DNA of 64,000 nucleotides from contig OX597818.1 in NCBI GenBank assembly GCA_951406725.2, positions 121,272,001 through 121,336,000 of the forward strand, given 5' to 3'. This document shows positions 37,848-50,947 of this stretch, piece after piece. Each line of letters opens with the position of its first letter. Position 1 is the stretch's first letter. The notes beneath the pieces were generated by a model, which saw only the letters and a list, made by a program, of their open reading frames with translations, ran no database searches and was not told the DNA's origin. A program made the translations under genes and the position numbers. Source of the DNA: Octopus vulgaris (Eukaryota).

Positions 37848-37985
37848 TTATTTCAGTTTCTGCCTACCAAATCCACTCACAAAGCTTTGGTCAACCAGAG
37901 GCTATAGTAGAAGACACTTCTCCAAGGTACCGAACAGTGGAACTGAACACGGAACCATGTGATTGGAAAGAAAGCTTCTTTATTT
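37848..37985 (-). mobile_element. SINE S2 fragment
   Basis: TTCAGTTTCTGCCTACCAAATCCACTCACAA...GGAACCATGTG. Confidence 0.8.
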
Positions 37986-38264
37986 CATATAATTTGCCAC
38001 AAGGGCATTACACAGATGGAAGCTTTGCGGGTTGGACATGGACATTAATGGTATGAATGATGGTGATGCAAAAATGATGATGATGGGAGAAGACGAAAAG
38101 CGCCCGCCGACTTTCGCTTCTCTAAAACAATGTTCTTTTTTCCCCTTTTCCCCCAAAACACAATGAGGCAATAAACCTCTTACTTAAACAACAAAATGTT
38201 CAGAGTTCTTTTTTCTTTTTTAAAACACACAAAAACTCACATGTTTCACATTTTCTAGACTCGT

Positions 38265-38760
38265 TCAGGTTATCCGGCCGACCAGTATCCTTGCTTTATT
38301 GAAGCACATACTCGGTTCCAGGCCGGACCACACTGGTATAAATTTATAGGAGTCCTCCGGGAAGGAATTCATGATCCTGCACAGATCACTATCCCATAGG
38401 ACCTCCGCAGCCACCTGCGAAGGCCACTCAGAATCCTCCGTGCAGGACAGAAGTCCTTCCCATCGGCCCCTCCTTTCCATTTTCTTTACTTCGTTTTCTA
38501 TGGTTCCTCCTTTGTGGAAGAGGACCACATATTCATACTCCAGCGGCACACCCGCCGGAGGAGGATTGGGACACGCCGGCCGCGTATCACAACCCGCCGG
38601 CAATGTCCCGTTTTTCTTTTTTCTTTTTCTCTTTTTCCTCTGGGCATCGAGAGGGTGAGTTTCCTGTGACGCTCGCAACAGGTCCTCCTTGTCTCCCGCA
38701 GCCCCCGGGTCCTCCGGTGGGCAACCATTGTTGCCCACCTTTCGTTTTCGTTTTTTCCAG
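38265..38760 (-). pseudogene. GC-rich 157-codon open frame, probably LINE ORF1 C-terminal part
   Basis: Only long non-repetitive ORF in the window; basic cluster RKKRKRKKK; directly joined to a LINE 3' UTR piece (38765-38847); no recognisable domain. Confidence 0.45.
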
Positions 38761-38764
38761 GATG

Positions 38765-38847
38765 TAGAAAATTTGGAGTTTTAATTGTTTCTTATATTTC
38801 GTTGTTATCCTGCTTTTGTACATGGACCTTTTTCAAACGGACAAAAT
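38765..38847 (+). mobile_element. Fragment of LINE 3' UTR
   Basis: GGAGTTTTAATTGTT...GGACCTTTTTCAAACGGACAAAA nearly identical to 49424-49495. Confidence 0.85.
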
Positions 38848-39050
38848 ACAGAGGGGACAAACAAGGACAGACAAACGGATTAAGTCGATTATATCGACCC
38901 CAGTGCGTAACTGGTACTTAATTTATCGACCCTGAAAGGATGAAAGGCACAGTCGACCTCGGCGGAATTTGAATCCAGAACGTAACGGCAGACGAAATAC
39001 GGCTACGCATTTCGCCCGGCGTGTTAACGTTTCTGCCAGCTCGCCGCCTT
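38848..39050 (-). mobile_element. SINE S1 monomer
   Basis: Reverse complement of 16739-16940. Confidence 0.92.
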
Positions 39051-39059
39051 TGCTTGTCG

Positions 39060-39332
39060 TATACATACATGTTTGTATGTGTATGTGTGTGTGTGTGTGC
39101 GTGTGTGTGTGTGTGTATGCGTGTGTGTGTGTGTGTCCGCCACCACTTGACAACCAGTGCTGATGTGTTTACGTCCCCGTAACTTGGCGGTTCAGCAAAA
39201 GTGACTTTAGAATAGTGCCAAGCTTTAAAAAGATAAGTACTGAGGGTCGATTCATTAGACCAAAAATCTTTCAAGGTAGTGCCCCAGCATGGTCGCAGTC
39301 TAATGACTGAAACAACTAAAAGATAAAAGATA
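39060..39332 (+). mobile_element. SINE S2 3' half
   Basis: CTTGACAACCAGTGCTGATGTGTTTACGTCCCCGTAAC...CAGCATGGTCGCAGTCTAATGACTGAAAC. Confidence 0.85.
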
Positions 39333-40145
39333 GAAGATTCATGACTTGGTCACTGCTATTATTCCACTCTAATTGAGTCGGGAATTAGGTCGCAGGTATG
39401 CAAATGAAATTATGATACCTGAAGAAATAAATTGAAATTAAAAATGAATTTACATTTTTTTAAATACATTGCTGATAGATATTCTTTTAAAAATGCTAGC
39501 TTGTCTAAATACAGATTTTGAATTCCCGATTCTTGGACGAATAGCAGCGTTTAGTTAGACAGCTTCTAAACTGTAACCGATCATTTACTGCTATGAAAAA
39601 ATAATTATATATCCATTATTCATCAAGCAAATAATTATCGGTGACAAACTCTTTTTCTTTCATTAGTTCCAGTAATTTCAGAAAATGTTATCGTTATGCA
39701 CTTTATTGATTAAAAATTCTGTATAAAAATAGGCAACGTAGTGTGTATAAGAATAACCAACGAAGTCCAATTAAATATGAACTAATTACAGAAAAAAAAA
39801 ATGAAACTCTAAATAGAGCGTAACTTGAACACCTTCATTGGTTTACTCATAGCTGACATGGGCGAAACAACAACTATAGTGTACAGCTAGATAGATATTG
39901 TTGTTAATAGATGGCTTTACTCCGATCTGTACCTAGGATCGGTGACAGAACACGAACTACAAATCTGGTTACCGTCTATATTATCGAATCGTTCAGCTTG
40001 AAAGGAAAGATCAGAATGGCTCATCGTGAATTTAATTTTGTTCTATATCATGAAGATTAACAGTCATAGAGGAACTAATTCCTCATACCTGTTACAACTC
40101 CAGACCAATGATTGTTACCAAATTTTCATTATATATATTAAGTTA

Positions 40146-40544
40146 AGGCGGCGAGCTGGCAGAAACGTTAGCACGCCGGGCGAAATGCGTAGCCGTATTT
40201 CGTCTGCCGTTACGTTCCGTGTTCAAATTCCGCCGAGGTCGACTTTGCCTTTCATCCTTTCGGGGTCGATAAATTAAGTACCAGTTACGCACTGGAGTCG
40301 ATATAATCGAGTTAATCCGTTTGTCTGTTCTTGTTTGTCCCTTCTATGTTTAGCCCCTTGTGGGTAGTAAAGAAATAGGTATTTCGTCTGCCGTTACGTT
40401 CTGATTTCAAATTCCACCGAGGTCGACTTTGACTTTCATCTTTCGGGGTCATTAAATTAAGTACCAGTTGCGTACTGAGGTCGATCTAATTGACTGGCCT
40501 CCTTCGCCCAAATTTCGGGCCTTGTACCTAGAGTAGAAAAGAAT
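40146..40544 (+). mobile_element. SINE S1 dimeric form
   Basis: head-core-tailA-core-tailB. Confidence 0.92.
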
Positions 40545-40755
40545 GTATATATTAAGTTGTCAGATAAATTAGATGTTTTTATTTTGTACATGGCACGCCA
40601 CTATTATATATCAGCAAAGGGGTAAAATTTATTTAAATTTCAAAGTCATAAAACACTACGATGAATTTTATGTATTAATTCAAATAATTGTGGAAAATTT
40701 AAACTTCTAATCATGCCAAATATTACGAAGAGCTGAGTGTCTTCTTTGTATTAAC

Positions 40756-40774
40756 TGCCCGCCAGGGGACACCA
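40756..40774 (+). promoter_or_regulatory. Candidate CTCF-binding motif
   Basis: TGCCCGCCAGGGGACACCA: the core CCGCCAGGGGAC is one mismatch from CCRCYAGRKGGC, in otherwise AT-rich unique DNA. Confidence 0.3.
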
Positions 40775-40964
40775 CATATGAATTCATAAAGATTCAATCA
40801 AATTGTTGCCGAAAAGTCGAGGTGTTATGTCTACAAAGAAATTTCTCGTCCACTTCTTAGCGAGTGATTACTACTATGAAATGGTTGCCTGAAACCAATA
40901 TCTACACCTCAAAGAATGTATTGAAAAGGCTTCTGAACTTCGTTTGTAGTTAAAGCTAAAATAC

Positions 40965-41185
40965 TGGTTTCAAAATGTGACAGAAAGCCAGCACTTTGAG
41001 GGTGGTGGAAGGCTTAAATCAATTACATCGACTCCAGTGCTAAACAGGTACTTATTTTATAGGCCTCGGAAGGATGAAAAGCAGTGGCGATGTCGGCGGA
41101 ATTTGAACTCAGAACTTAAAGACAGTCGAGGTACGCGAAATCTTTTTTGTCCTGTGATGATAACGATTCTGCCAGCACGCCACTT
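40965..41185 (-). mobile_element. Diverged SINE S1 copy
   Basis: CGGCGGAATTTGAACTCAGAAC...TTCTGCCAGCACGCC. Confidence 0.75.
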
Positions 41186-41437
41186 TATACTTAAATCTAA
41201 AATATTAGCTGCTATTAAACACCTTCACAAGGTACAACTCTCTGGAAACAGTTACCCTTTATGCTGACACTAAGAACTTCCTCACTCTCTCTCTTTCACT
41301 TTCTCTTTCGATTGGTTGATTGATTGATTGATTGATTGATTGAATCATTCATTGATTTATTAATTCACTGATTTCTCAGTCATTACCGCTCTTAAATTAA
41401 GAAAAAAGAAATTAAAAGGAAAACACGTTCTTCATGA

Positions 41438-41657
41438 ATTTACTCTTTTACTTATTTCAGTCATTTGACTGCAGCTATGCTGGAGCACCGCCTTTTGTCG
41501 AGCAAATCGACCCCAGGACTTATTCTTTGTAAGCCTAGTACTTATTCTATCGGTCTCTTTTTGCTGAACCGCTAAGTTACGAGGACGTAAACACACCAGC
41601 ATCGGTTGTCAAGCGATGTTGAGGGGTACAAACACAGACTCACAATCACACACACGC

Positions 41658-41716
<59 letters not shown>

Positions 41717-41882
41717 TACGACGGGCTTCTTTCAGTTCCAGTCTACCAAATCCACTCACAAGGCTTTGGTCAGCCCGAGGCTATAGTAGAAGACACTTGC
41801 CCATAGTGCCACACAGTGGGACTGAACCCGGAACCATGTGGTTGGTAAGCAAGCTACTTACCACACAGCCATTCCTGCGCCT
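41438..41882 (-). mobile_element. SINE S2 full length
   Basis: Reverse complement of 61137-61555. Confidence 0.92.
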
Positions 41883-42222
41883 GTTTGTAATTATTTTCCA
41901 TCAGTAAGAAACGTCTCTCTTCATAAAATGTCTAACTAATATATATATATATCTGTGTATGTCATGCTGAATATTTCTAAACAGAATGAAATAGTGCTAT
42001 ACAGGATGAACACTGACAAGAAATTTTAAGGACTTCGCATTAAAAATTCGAAATTCAAATTCCATAAAATTCTCTGAATATATGTGTTTATGTCTATAAG
42101 CATGGTGTAAACATTTATGTAAATATCCGTTCATGGTTCTATATTTAGAATTGTATATACATTCCTTCATACATTTCCTCTCTGATGAAGAAAGCTAGTG
42201 GTCGATAAGGAGTGAGAGGGAT

Positions 42223-42292
<70 letters not shown>

Positions 42293-42377
42293 AGCACAGA
42301 AGGAAAAATAAAAGAAACGAGAGGCGGAGAAAAAGAATTAGAAGATGTGGAAGATTACTTAGAATAAAGAATATACG

Positions 42378-42427
42378 GTGAAGAAGATGAAGAAGAAGAA
42401 GAAGAAGAAGAAGAAGAAGAAGAAGAA

Positions 42428-42472
<45 letters not shown>

Positions 42473-42810
42473 AGTAATGACGTCGATGACGACGACGACG
42501 GCGATGGCAAAGTTTGAGAGGGAAAGAAACCGAAGGACACTAAGAACAAATTTTATAAACCCCCGCCAGCAAGTCAAAGTTACAACCATCACCATCACCA
42601 TCACCATCACCACGAACAACCCCTACCACCATGACTAGCATCAGTCTTCACCCTACACTGGCAAGAAGAAGAAGAAGAAAAAGAAGAATAACAACAACTA
42701 CAACAACAACAACAACCATAACAGCTGCAGCTTCAGCAATCTGCAAGTGTAAGGTCAATGACAGAAGCTATCATTAAACCACGATGAGATAATGATGATA
42801 GTGATGATGA

Positions 42811-42841
<31 letters not shown>

Positions 42842-43880
42842 CTGATGGTTACGGTGATGGTGGCAGCGGTGGTGATGATGATAAGGATGGTGGTGGAGGC
42901 TGGGTGGTTGCGCAGGTGATGAAGGGGATGCTGTTGTTGGTGGTCGCAGTTGCTGTGGTGATGGTTGTGTTTGGTGATAGAGGAGGTGGTGGTGATGAGG
43001 ATGATGGTGGTGGTGGTGGTGGTGGTGGTGGTAGTAGTATTCATGATGATGATTGTGTTGGTGGTGGAGGTACTGGTAGTGGTGGTGGTAGACAGTGGTC
43101 GTGTTGAATGAGGTGGCAGTCGTCGTGGTAATATTCGCAGTATTGGTGATGGTAATGATGGTGGTGGTGGTGGTAGTGATTGTGATGGTGGTGAACAAGG
43201 TGATGGTAGTGGCAGTGGTTGTTGTAGTATTATCGGAGTTGCAGTAGTAATGGCGCTAATGGTGGTGGAGGTGGTGAGGGCGGTGTCAGTGGTGGTGGCG
43301 GTAGTAGTGATGATGATGGTAGCGACGGTGGCGGTGGTGGTAGTGGTGGTTGTTGTTGTGACGGTGGTGGTGGCCGTGGTAGTTGTAGTTGTGGTGGTGG
43401 TGGTTGTGGTGAGGGTGGTGGTACTGGTTGTAGTGGTGGTCTTAGTCGCGATTGTTGTGTCGTTGTTGTTGGCGATGGTAGTGGAAGTAGTAGAAGTAGA
43501 AGTGGTAGTGGTGGTAGTGATGGTGGTGATGGTGGTGATGATGATGGTGGTGGTGGTGGTGATTGCGGTGTTGTTATTGTTCTTGTTGGTAGTGACAGTA
43601 GTCGCAGTAACGGCGTAAGTGATGATGGTTGTGTCGGCAGCGGCGGCGGCAGCAGTGGTGGTAGTGGTGGTGGTGGTGGTAGTGTTGTTGTTGTTGTTGT
43701 TGGTGGTGGTGGTGATGGTGGTGGTAGTGGTGGTGGTGGTGGTGATGATGGTGGTGGTGGTGGTGATGGTGGTGGTGGTGGTGATGGTGGTGGTGGTGGT
43801 GATGGTGGTGGTGGTGTTGGTGGTGTTGGTGGTGATGGTCGTGGTTGCGATGTTGTTGGTGTTGTTGTTGGTGGTGGTGT
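42378..43880. repeat. Trinucleotide repeat field (GAA, GAT, GAC, CAC, AAC, then ~1.1 kb degenerate GGT/GTT/GAT)
   Basis: Direct inspection. Confidence 0.95.
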
Positions 43881-44109
43881 CCTTAAAAAAGAAAAGTTAT
43901 GTCGTTGATGTTGTAATAGTTTCATCCCTCAGTTGTTGTCAAGGTATTCAGTGCTGACACGCTTTGATAAGCGACGCTGAGCCAAGACAGACATCTGCTC
44001 ATCTGTTTCCAGAAATATCCACAGACGTCTAAGTCATTTAGTTCAGATGAACTTAGAAAACATTCTAAAACACAGAAATAAGATATACAACACACTCCGA
44101 CCACCTATG

Positions 44110-44341
44110 GGTGTGTATGCGTATGTATGTATGTATGTATGTATGTATGTATGTATGTATGTATGTATGTATGTATGTATGTATGTATTTATGTATGCAT
44201 GCATGTATGTATGTATGTACGTATGTATGTATGGAAATGTATGCGTATGTATGTATGTATGTATATCTTATGTATGTATGTGTGTGTATGTATAAATATA
44301 TATATACATATATATACACACACACACACACATATATATAT

Positions 44342-44376
<35 letters not shown>

Positions 44377-44731
44377 TATATACACACATAAATACACATA
44401 TATATTCATATGTATGTGTATTTATATTTATATACATATATATTTGTGTATATATATATATATATATATATACATATATAAATACGCATACATGTACACA
44501 CACACACAGACATATATATATATAGAGAGAGAGAGAAAGAGAGGGAGAGAGAGAGAAAGAAAGAGAATAAGATAGATATACATATGCCTGTATATGTGTG
44601 AGTGCGAATATAAATTCTGATGATGACGTAACACCACTGCACCGAGTGACCCTAGAGAACCCGTTTTGTTTGACAGGTGTACATCAAGTGCCGTGATAGC
44701 TACGAACAGCAGCAGTGGCAGCAGCAGCAAC

Positions 44732-44778
<47 letters not shown>

Positions 44779-44855
44779 CAGCAGCAGCAGTATTAGTAGT
44801 AGTAGTAGTAGTAGTATTAGTATTAGTATTAGTAGTAGTAGTAGTAGTAGTAGTG
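44110..44855. repeat. TATG/TA/GATA/GA and (AGT)/(AGC) microsatellites
   Basis: Direct inspection; short unique stretch at 44610-44705. Confidence 0.9.
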
Positions 44856-45087
44856 ATCGCTGTTCTTGTTGTTACTTTAGAAGTAGTTGAAGATTTCATT
44901 AAGGTGATATGAATATCTGTCCTCTTCATTGAGAGTTTCGTTATATCACAGGTGTTTATGACTGAAAGGCTGGATCCACTGCGACCGTATGGGTGGGTAG
45001 GTATGAATTAACTGTTCAACATGATACCATGATGTTGTGCCATACATACATGCGTAAATGCATACGAACAAAATAAAAAATGAACAT

Positions 45088-45495
45088 CAGGAGTGGCTGT
45101 GTGGTAAGTAACTTGCTAACCAACCACATGGTTCCGGGTTCAGTCCCACAGCGTGGCACCTTGAGCAAGTGTCTTCTACTATAGCCTCGGGCCGACCAAA
45201 GCCTTGTGAGTGGATTTGGTAGACGGAAACTGAAAGAAGCCCGTCGTATATATGTATATATATATGCGTGTGTGTGTTTGTGTGTCTGTGTTTGTCCCCC
45301 TAGCATTGCTTGACAACCGATGCTGGTGTGTTTATGTCCCTGTTACTTAGCGGTTCGGCAAAATGAGACCGATAGAATAAGTACTGGGCTTACAAAAGAA
45401 TAAGTCCCGGGGTCGATTTGCTCGATTAAAGGCGGTGCTCCGGCATGGCCGCAATCAAATGACTGAAACAAGTAAAAGAGTAAAAGAGTAAGAGT
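45088..45495 (+). mobile_element. SINE S2 full length
   Basis: Homologous to 61137-61555. Confidence 0.92.
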
Positions 45496-45675
45496 ATACA
45501 TTCATACATACTACGTACTAATTCAACCACATGTTTACGAACACCAGGAACTCTCTCGATTCAAAAAGTCTTGTAGGTTTGTTTGCGACCGGCTTGAACT
45601 CTCCCAAGAAGAACTTAAATAAAACTCAAGGAAAAAATCATACATATAAATATATTTTTATTTGTTTGTTTCTTC

Positions 45676-45940
45676 TCAAGCCATGTCTGGCTCATAAGGG
45701 CCGGTTTCCCGGTTTCCTTGGCGTATAGGTTCCCCACCTGGACGGGACGCCGGTCCGTCGCAGGTGAGCTGCAAGATGCAAGAAGAAAGAGTCAGCAGAA
45801 ATTCGCCATTATCTTCTGCCTGAGCCGCGTGGAGCTTAGGTGTTTCGCTCATAAACACACAAATCGCCCGGTCTGAGATTCGAACCCGCGATCCCTCGAC
45901 CGCGAGTCAATTGCTCTAACCACTAGGCCAAGTGCCTCCA
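45676..45940 (-). mobile_element. SINE S3 variant with V-domain-like tail
   Basis: Reverse complement of 23786-24082 with a small deletion. Confidence 0.9.
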
Positions 45941-45952
45941 CATACAAATATA

Positions 45953-46720
<768 letters not shown>

Positions 46721-46724
46721 ATAT

Positions 46725-47025
46725 ATATGTTATATTTTTCGGTTGTCAAGAAAGTTCTTGCGGAATTTAAAATTTTGGTCTTAAATTATGTATTTTCAAA
46801 TTAATTTTCGTTAAATTACTTTGACTTTATATATCATTTTAAAGCCCGTTTTTCGCTCTATCTGATCGTGTTACTCTTTTCCTTTTGAATAATTAGGCCA
46901 TTTTTTTCTGGAACGTTGAATACAACATGGACAAAAAGCAAATTCGCATAATTCTCTTATTCCAGTTCAAGCTAGGCCAAAAAGCTGCTGGAACAGCTCG
47001 CGATATCAAAGATGCGTTTGGCACA
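46725..47025 (+). pseudogene. Mariner (Hsmar1/cecropia-like) 5' fragment
   Basis: From 46927 MDKKQIRIILLFQFKLGQKAAGTARDIKDAFG, close to Hsmar1 DKKQIRAIFLFEFKMGRKAAETTRNINNAFG. Confidence 0.88.
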
Positions 47026-47598
47026 ACATGTTGCAATTCTGGGTGAGATCCTTATCTCATCCTCGAAGCTCGTTCTTGTAGCATCATTGGTCCTTTCTCT
47101 TGACACTTATTTTTTCAATTTCCAAAATATTAGTACATTTTGAACTTACACATTTTACTACATACCAGATACACTGAGTTAATCTCAACATATCGAATAC
47201 AAGCAAGAAAACCTATAACCTTTCCTTTATTTCTATAAACCATAAAAGTCAGGAGGCACGAGAAGGGAGTGGATTTATTAAACCAGTTGTCAGCTTATCA
47301 ACCTAGCGATCGCGGCGGTCGTTTTGCAGCTTTCAACATGTAATAATAATTTCAATGCATAATAAATCATGTTACATGTCTGCACTAATATACCTGCAAC
47401 GCCTTTTACAATGCAATTGTATATTTACAAATCGGGTCAATAAAGAAAGCTAGCTCATCAGATCACCACAACAGCATGGTTACACTAATAATTCAACTCC
47501 TCCATGCTAGATTTACTATGTGGTTTGCTAGCAGGATACACTAGAAGAGCTCTTCTTTGTAGCCACATGATTCTATCAATTTATATATTACACTACAA

Positions 47599-47690
<92 letters not shown>

Positions 47691-47694
47691 ACAG

Positions 47695-47850
47695 CGTAGC
47701 TGTGTGGTGTGATGCTTGCTTCGCAACCACATGGATCCGGGTTCGGTTCCGCAGCGTGGCACCTTGGACAAGTGTCTTCTATTATTACCTTGGGTCGACC
47801 AAAGCCTTGTGAGTGGAATTGCTAGATGGAAACTGAAATAAACCCGTCGT
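47695..47850 (+). mobile_element. SINE S2 5' half, diverged
   Basis: AACCACATGG...GACCAAAGCCTTGTGAGTGGA. Confidence 0.8.
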
Positions 47851-47990
47851 ATATATATACATATATCTATGTGACTCGATCTAACGATATATTTATATCT
47901 ATATCGATATAGATATATCTATCTGTATATATTTGATGATATACATTTATCTATCTAGCCGATATACTAACATACTTACATAAATATATA

Positions 47991-48712
47991 CAAGAGGGTG
48001 CTCAAAAGTTCCTGGCTTTGGGTAAAAGGAAACTACAGGAGGATCGGTTAATTATGATTTTATTCAGCACTAGCAGTTATCGCCCGGCGTTGCTCGGGTT
48101 TGTAAGGGAAATAACTATATAAGCATTTTTAGAGAGTTACTTCCCTTATAGATGCCAATTCGGGCTTTCTTAGCTATTTCTGTTTTGGTGTATTCAAGCC
48201 ATGAAGTCGTTGTTCTAAAAGAACGCTGGTCTCCTTGACAACGCTTTACAACGTTGATTTCCTTACACTCCCTTCCCCACAGCTTCACGAGGGAGGGAAG
48301 AAGGGGAGAAGCAAACAGGTGCAGGTGTGACCATGGACGCCAACTCCGCCGCCATCGACACACGAAAAATTATGCATTAAAATGGAATAAAAAATGATGT
48401 TAAATTATTTTTAAAATCGTAGACTCATCGTAGACGCGCGCTAATACTCAGACGGGCTCGATATGAATCACGACTATAAGATACCCGAATTTGGTTAAAC
48501 TGCACCGCAAAATGTGGGAGTAGTTAGGAATCTAAATCGAAGGGGACAGACACTCACACAACTACAGTTTTATATATAGAGATATTCTCTTCTCAGATTC
48601 ACATACTAATTGTAGCGGTTCTTCAGTTTTTCTAAAAGAAGTTGGAAGGTTGGACTTCCAGCCAGGCTTATCACGACACCTTTAAAGCCAGGAACTTTTT
48701 AGCACTCCTTCC
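47991..48712. mobile_element. Mariner-type MITE (~210 bp) split by a Helitron
   Basis: TIRs GGTGCTCAAAAGTTCCTGGCTTT and AAAGCCAGGAACTTTTTAGCACT; TA at the flanks. Confidence 0.8.
48070..48582 (-). mobile_element. Non-autonomous Helitron H1 variant with different internal segment
   Basis: A|CTAG and GA|T boundaries; termini match H1; ~48150-48365 is absent from other copies. Confidence 0.9.
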
Positions 48713-49144
48713 TATATCAACAGAAGCCTGAAGAACAAGAGGGAGATAATTTACATGTCCATTTTGATATCGTGTCGGATTTTTTTTTTTTTTCATAATA
48801 TAAAAACCACTACGTGTTAAAAATTGTAAAAATTTGGAGACCGAAATGGAGTGGGTTTTAATATCAGAATGAGGTGACACCTGTGTGAGAAAAAATTAGG
48901 TCAATTGTTTTGATTCATGTTATTCATTAATATCCGTTGGCACCTTTCAATTCAAACCGGTTGTTAATTACTGGCATGTGATTTGGGGGTTTAGTCAAGT
49001 TCTTTTATCTTAGTTTCTTTATCTGGTATGATATTGTTGTCCTTATTTCGTCGTCCCCTCTTCAAAGTGGCTTTGGCACATTCTTCTAAGTCGAATCTCG
49101 AATAAATTTCTTTGGAAAATCCGTGTAATGTTGTAATAATGCTT

Positions 49145-49595
49145 CCAGTTTTCTTTGGCCAAGGTCTCATCAACTGTTTCAAGTTTCACTTGAAAAGGAA
49201 GATGAGAGTAGAGAGGGAAGTGCTGTCTGGTAGCAAGTTTATTGAAAGGTGGGTGATGTCGCAAGAATGGCCAGTATGAACGGACCAATTCTGAGGATAC
49301 ACCTGTGAAAAATTAAAAGGAAATATAAAAGGAGAAAGGGGCTCTCTACCCCCTTTTGACCAGGCTCCCGTGGCTTTTATGGGTTTTTCCACGAGTAACC
49401 TTTCGAAGCGCCTCCCCCTATTGGGAGTTTTAATTGTTACTTATATTTCGTTGTAATCCTGCTTTTGTACATGGACCTTTTTCAAACGGACAAAACCCTT
49501 TGTAACTTTCGTCCTGTGTTTTGTCCCTTTATGTTTTAATTGATTTTTCTTAGCCCTTGTGGCCAATAAACGAATTGGTTATTATCATTATTATT
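49145..49595 (+). mobile_element. 5'-truncated LINE 3' end (L1/Tx1-like), inserted in the R4 RT
   Basis: Reads QGLINCFKFHLKRKMRVEREVLSGSKFIERW, then 3' UTR ending TTAGCCCTTGTGGCCAATAAA and (TTA)n; clade assignment is inference. Confidence 0.7.
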
Positions 49596-49779
49596 TGCAA
49601 CCAATAACTTGGGATCATCCACAACATAATTGATGTTTGCTTGTTTCACCTTAGTAGCTGCATCCACATCCACTCCTGTTTAGCACATTGGTTAAAGAGA
49701 TTAATGTCAAGCAGAAAAGAAGCGGAGGGAGAAGTTCTTAGAATATTCCTCTTCTAATGAAGATGGGTTTTATGTTATA

Positions 49780-50175
49780 CTAGCAGTATCGCCCGGCGTT
49801 GCTCGGGTTTGTAAGGGAAATAACTATATAAGCATTTTTAGAGAGTTATAGCCAAAAAATAACAAAAAAATGCATTAAAAATGTGGAAAAAATGATGGTA
49901 ATTTTTTTTAAATCGTTGACTCATCGTAGATATTTTTAGAGAGTTATTTCCCTTATATAATAGCGAAAAAATTCATTAAAATGGAAAAAAATGATGGTAA
50001 TTTTTTTTAAAAATCGTAGTCTCATCGTAGACGCGCGCTAATACCCAGAAGGGCTCGATATGAATCCCGACTATAAGATACCCGGTTTTGGTTAAACTGC
50101 ACCGCAAAATGTGGGAGTAGTTAGGAATCTAAATCGTAGGAGACAGACACACAACCTCTCTTTTATATATAAAGA
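49780..50175 (-). mobile_element. Non-autonomous Helitron H1
   Basis: Reverse complement of 35212-35610; inserted at A|T inside the RT relic. Confidence 0.92.
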
Positions 50176-50947
50176 TAACTCCTCTTTTGTCTATTACTGC
50201 AGGCGTATTTGCCATTTGCTCAAGCCCTGTTTTATGCATTCTATCTTTGCCTGTGCCAACTTACTCATAGCTAGTATTTCCAGGATCCACGTGTGAGAAA
50301 AACTGTCAACAGTCTCTGGGTAGTCAACCCATGCCATGCCCGCCACTCTTATGTTTCTTTCAGCTGTCTTCAGTCATAAGTGTGCTGGTTAATAACTGAC
50401 CTTTAGAACCATGAGCCTTTGCAACAACCCTTCTGCTCTTCTAGAAACGTGTTGCTTTCTCCCGGATGTCTACTCATTTTCTGTGATATTATTGCAGCTA
50501 AGGCTTTGTAAGTTGTAGGGATACATATCTAGTTTTATGAGTTTGTCCTTTCAGTAAATTAAGATTCGGGTATTGAAATAGTTTTCCCCTTTGTGAGTGA
50601 TTCAAGTGTTGTCTCTGCTTTGACAGCATCCCATTAAACAACTCAGCTAACACATAATGTATCCCTGCTAAGTATTTTAATCAAAAGTATGGAATCTTCT
50701 TGTACTGTGGTGCCTTCTAGTAATTTTGTTTTAACGATTCCTTGGTATCCAGAATTGTTAAGGTGCTGGTATTTGTTGCTTTGTTTAATCTTTTGTGGAG
50801 GAATTCCTTCGCAGCCTTTACACCTTCACAAAAATCTTCTATTTTTCAGTTGTGGTTCAATATTTTGTTCATGTTATTCCGATTTCATTTGTTCCTTTTT
50901 ATCCGATGGTATTGGATAATTTTTGAAGCAATATTTTAGCGTTTATA

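Larger units (their letters stand above)
48960..50930 (-). pseudogene. Decayed R4/Dong-like reverse transcriptase, interrupted by two younger insertions
   Basis: Minus-strand motifs in order: PTTYKALAAIISQK, FLEEQKGCCKG, MAWVDY..SHTWILEIL, IRRGIF..SLRFF/PLLFCL, YVVDDPKLL, FDLEECAKATLKRG. Confidence 0.88.

Noticed and set aside
42733-43957. Pro/Thr/His/Val-rich ORFs resembling extensin or mucin
   Set aside because: Degenerate (GGT)n tract; frames open on both strands, no splice or domain support
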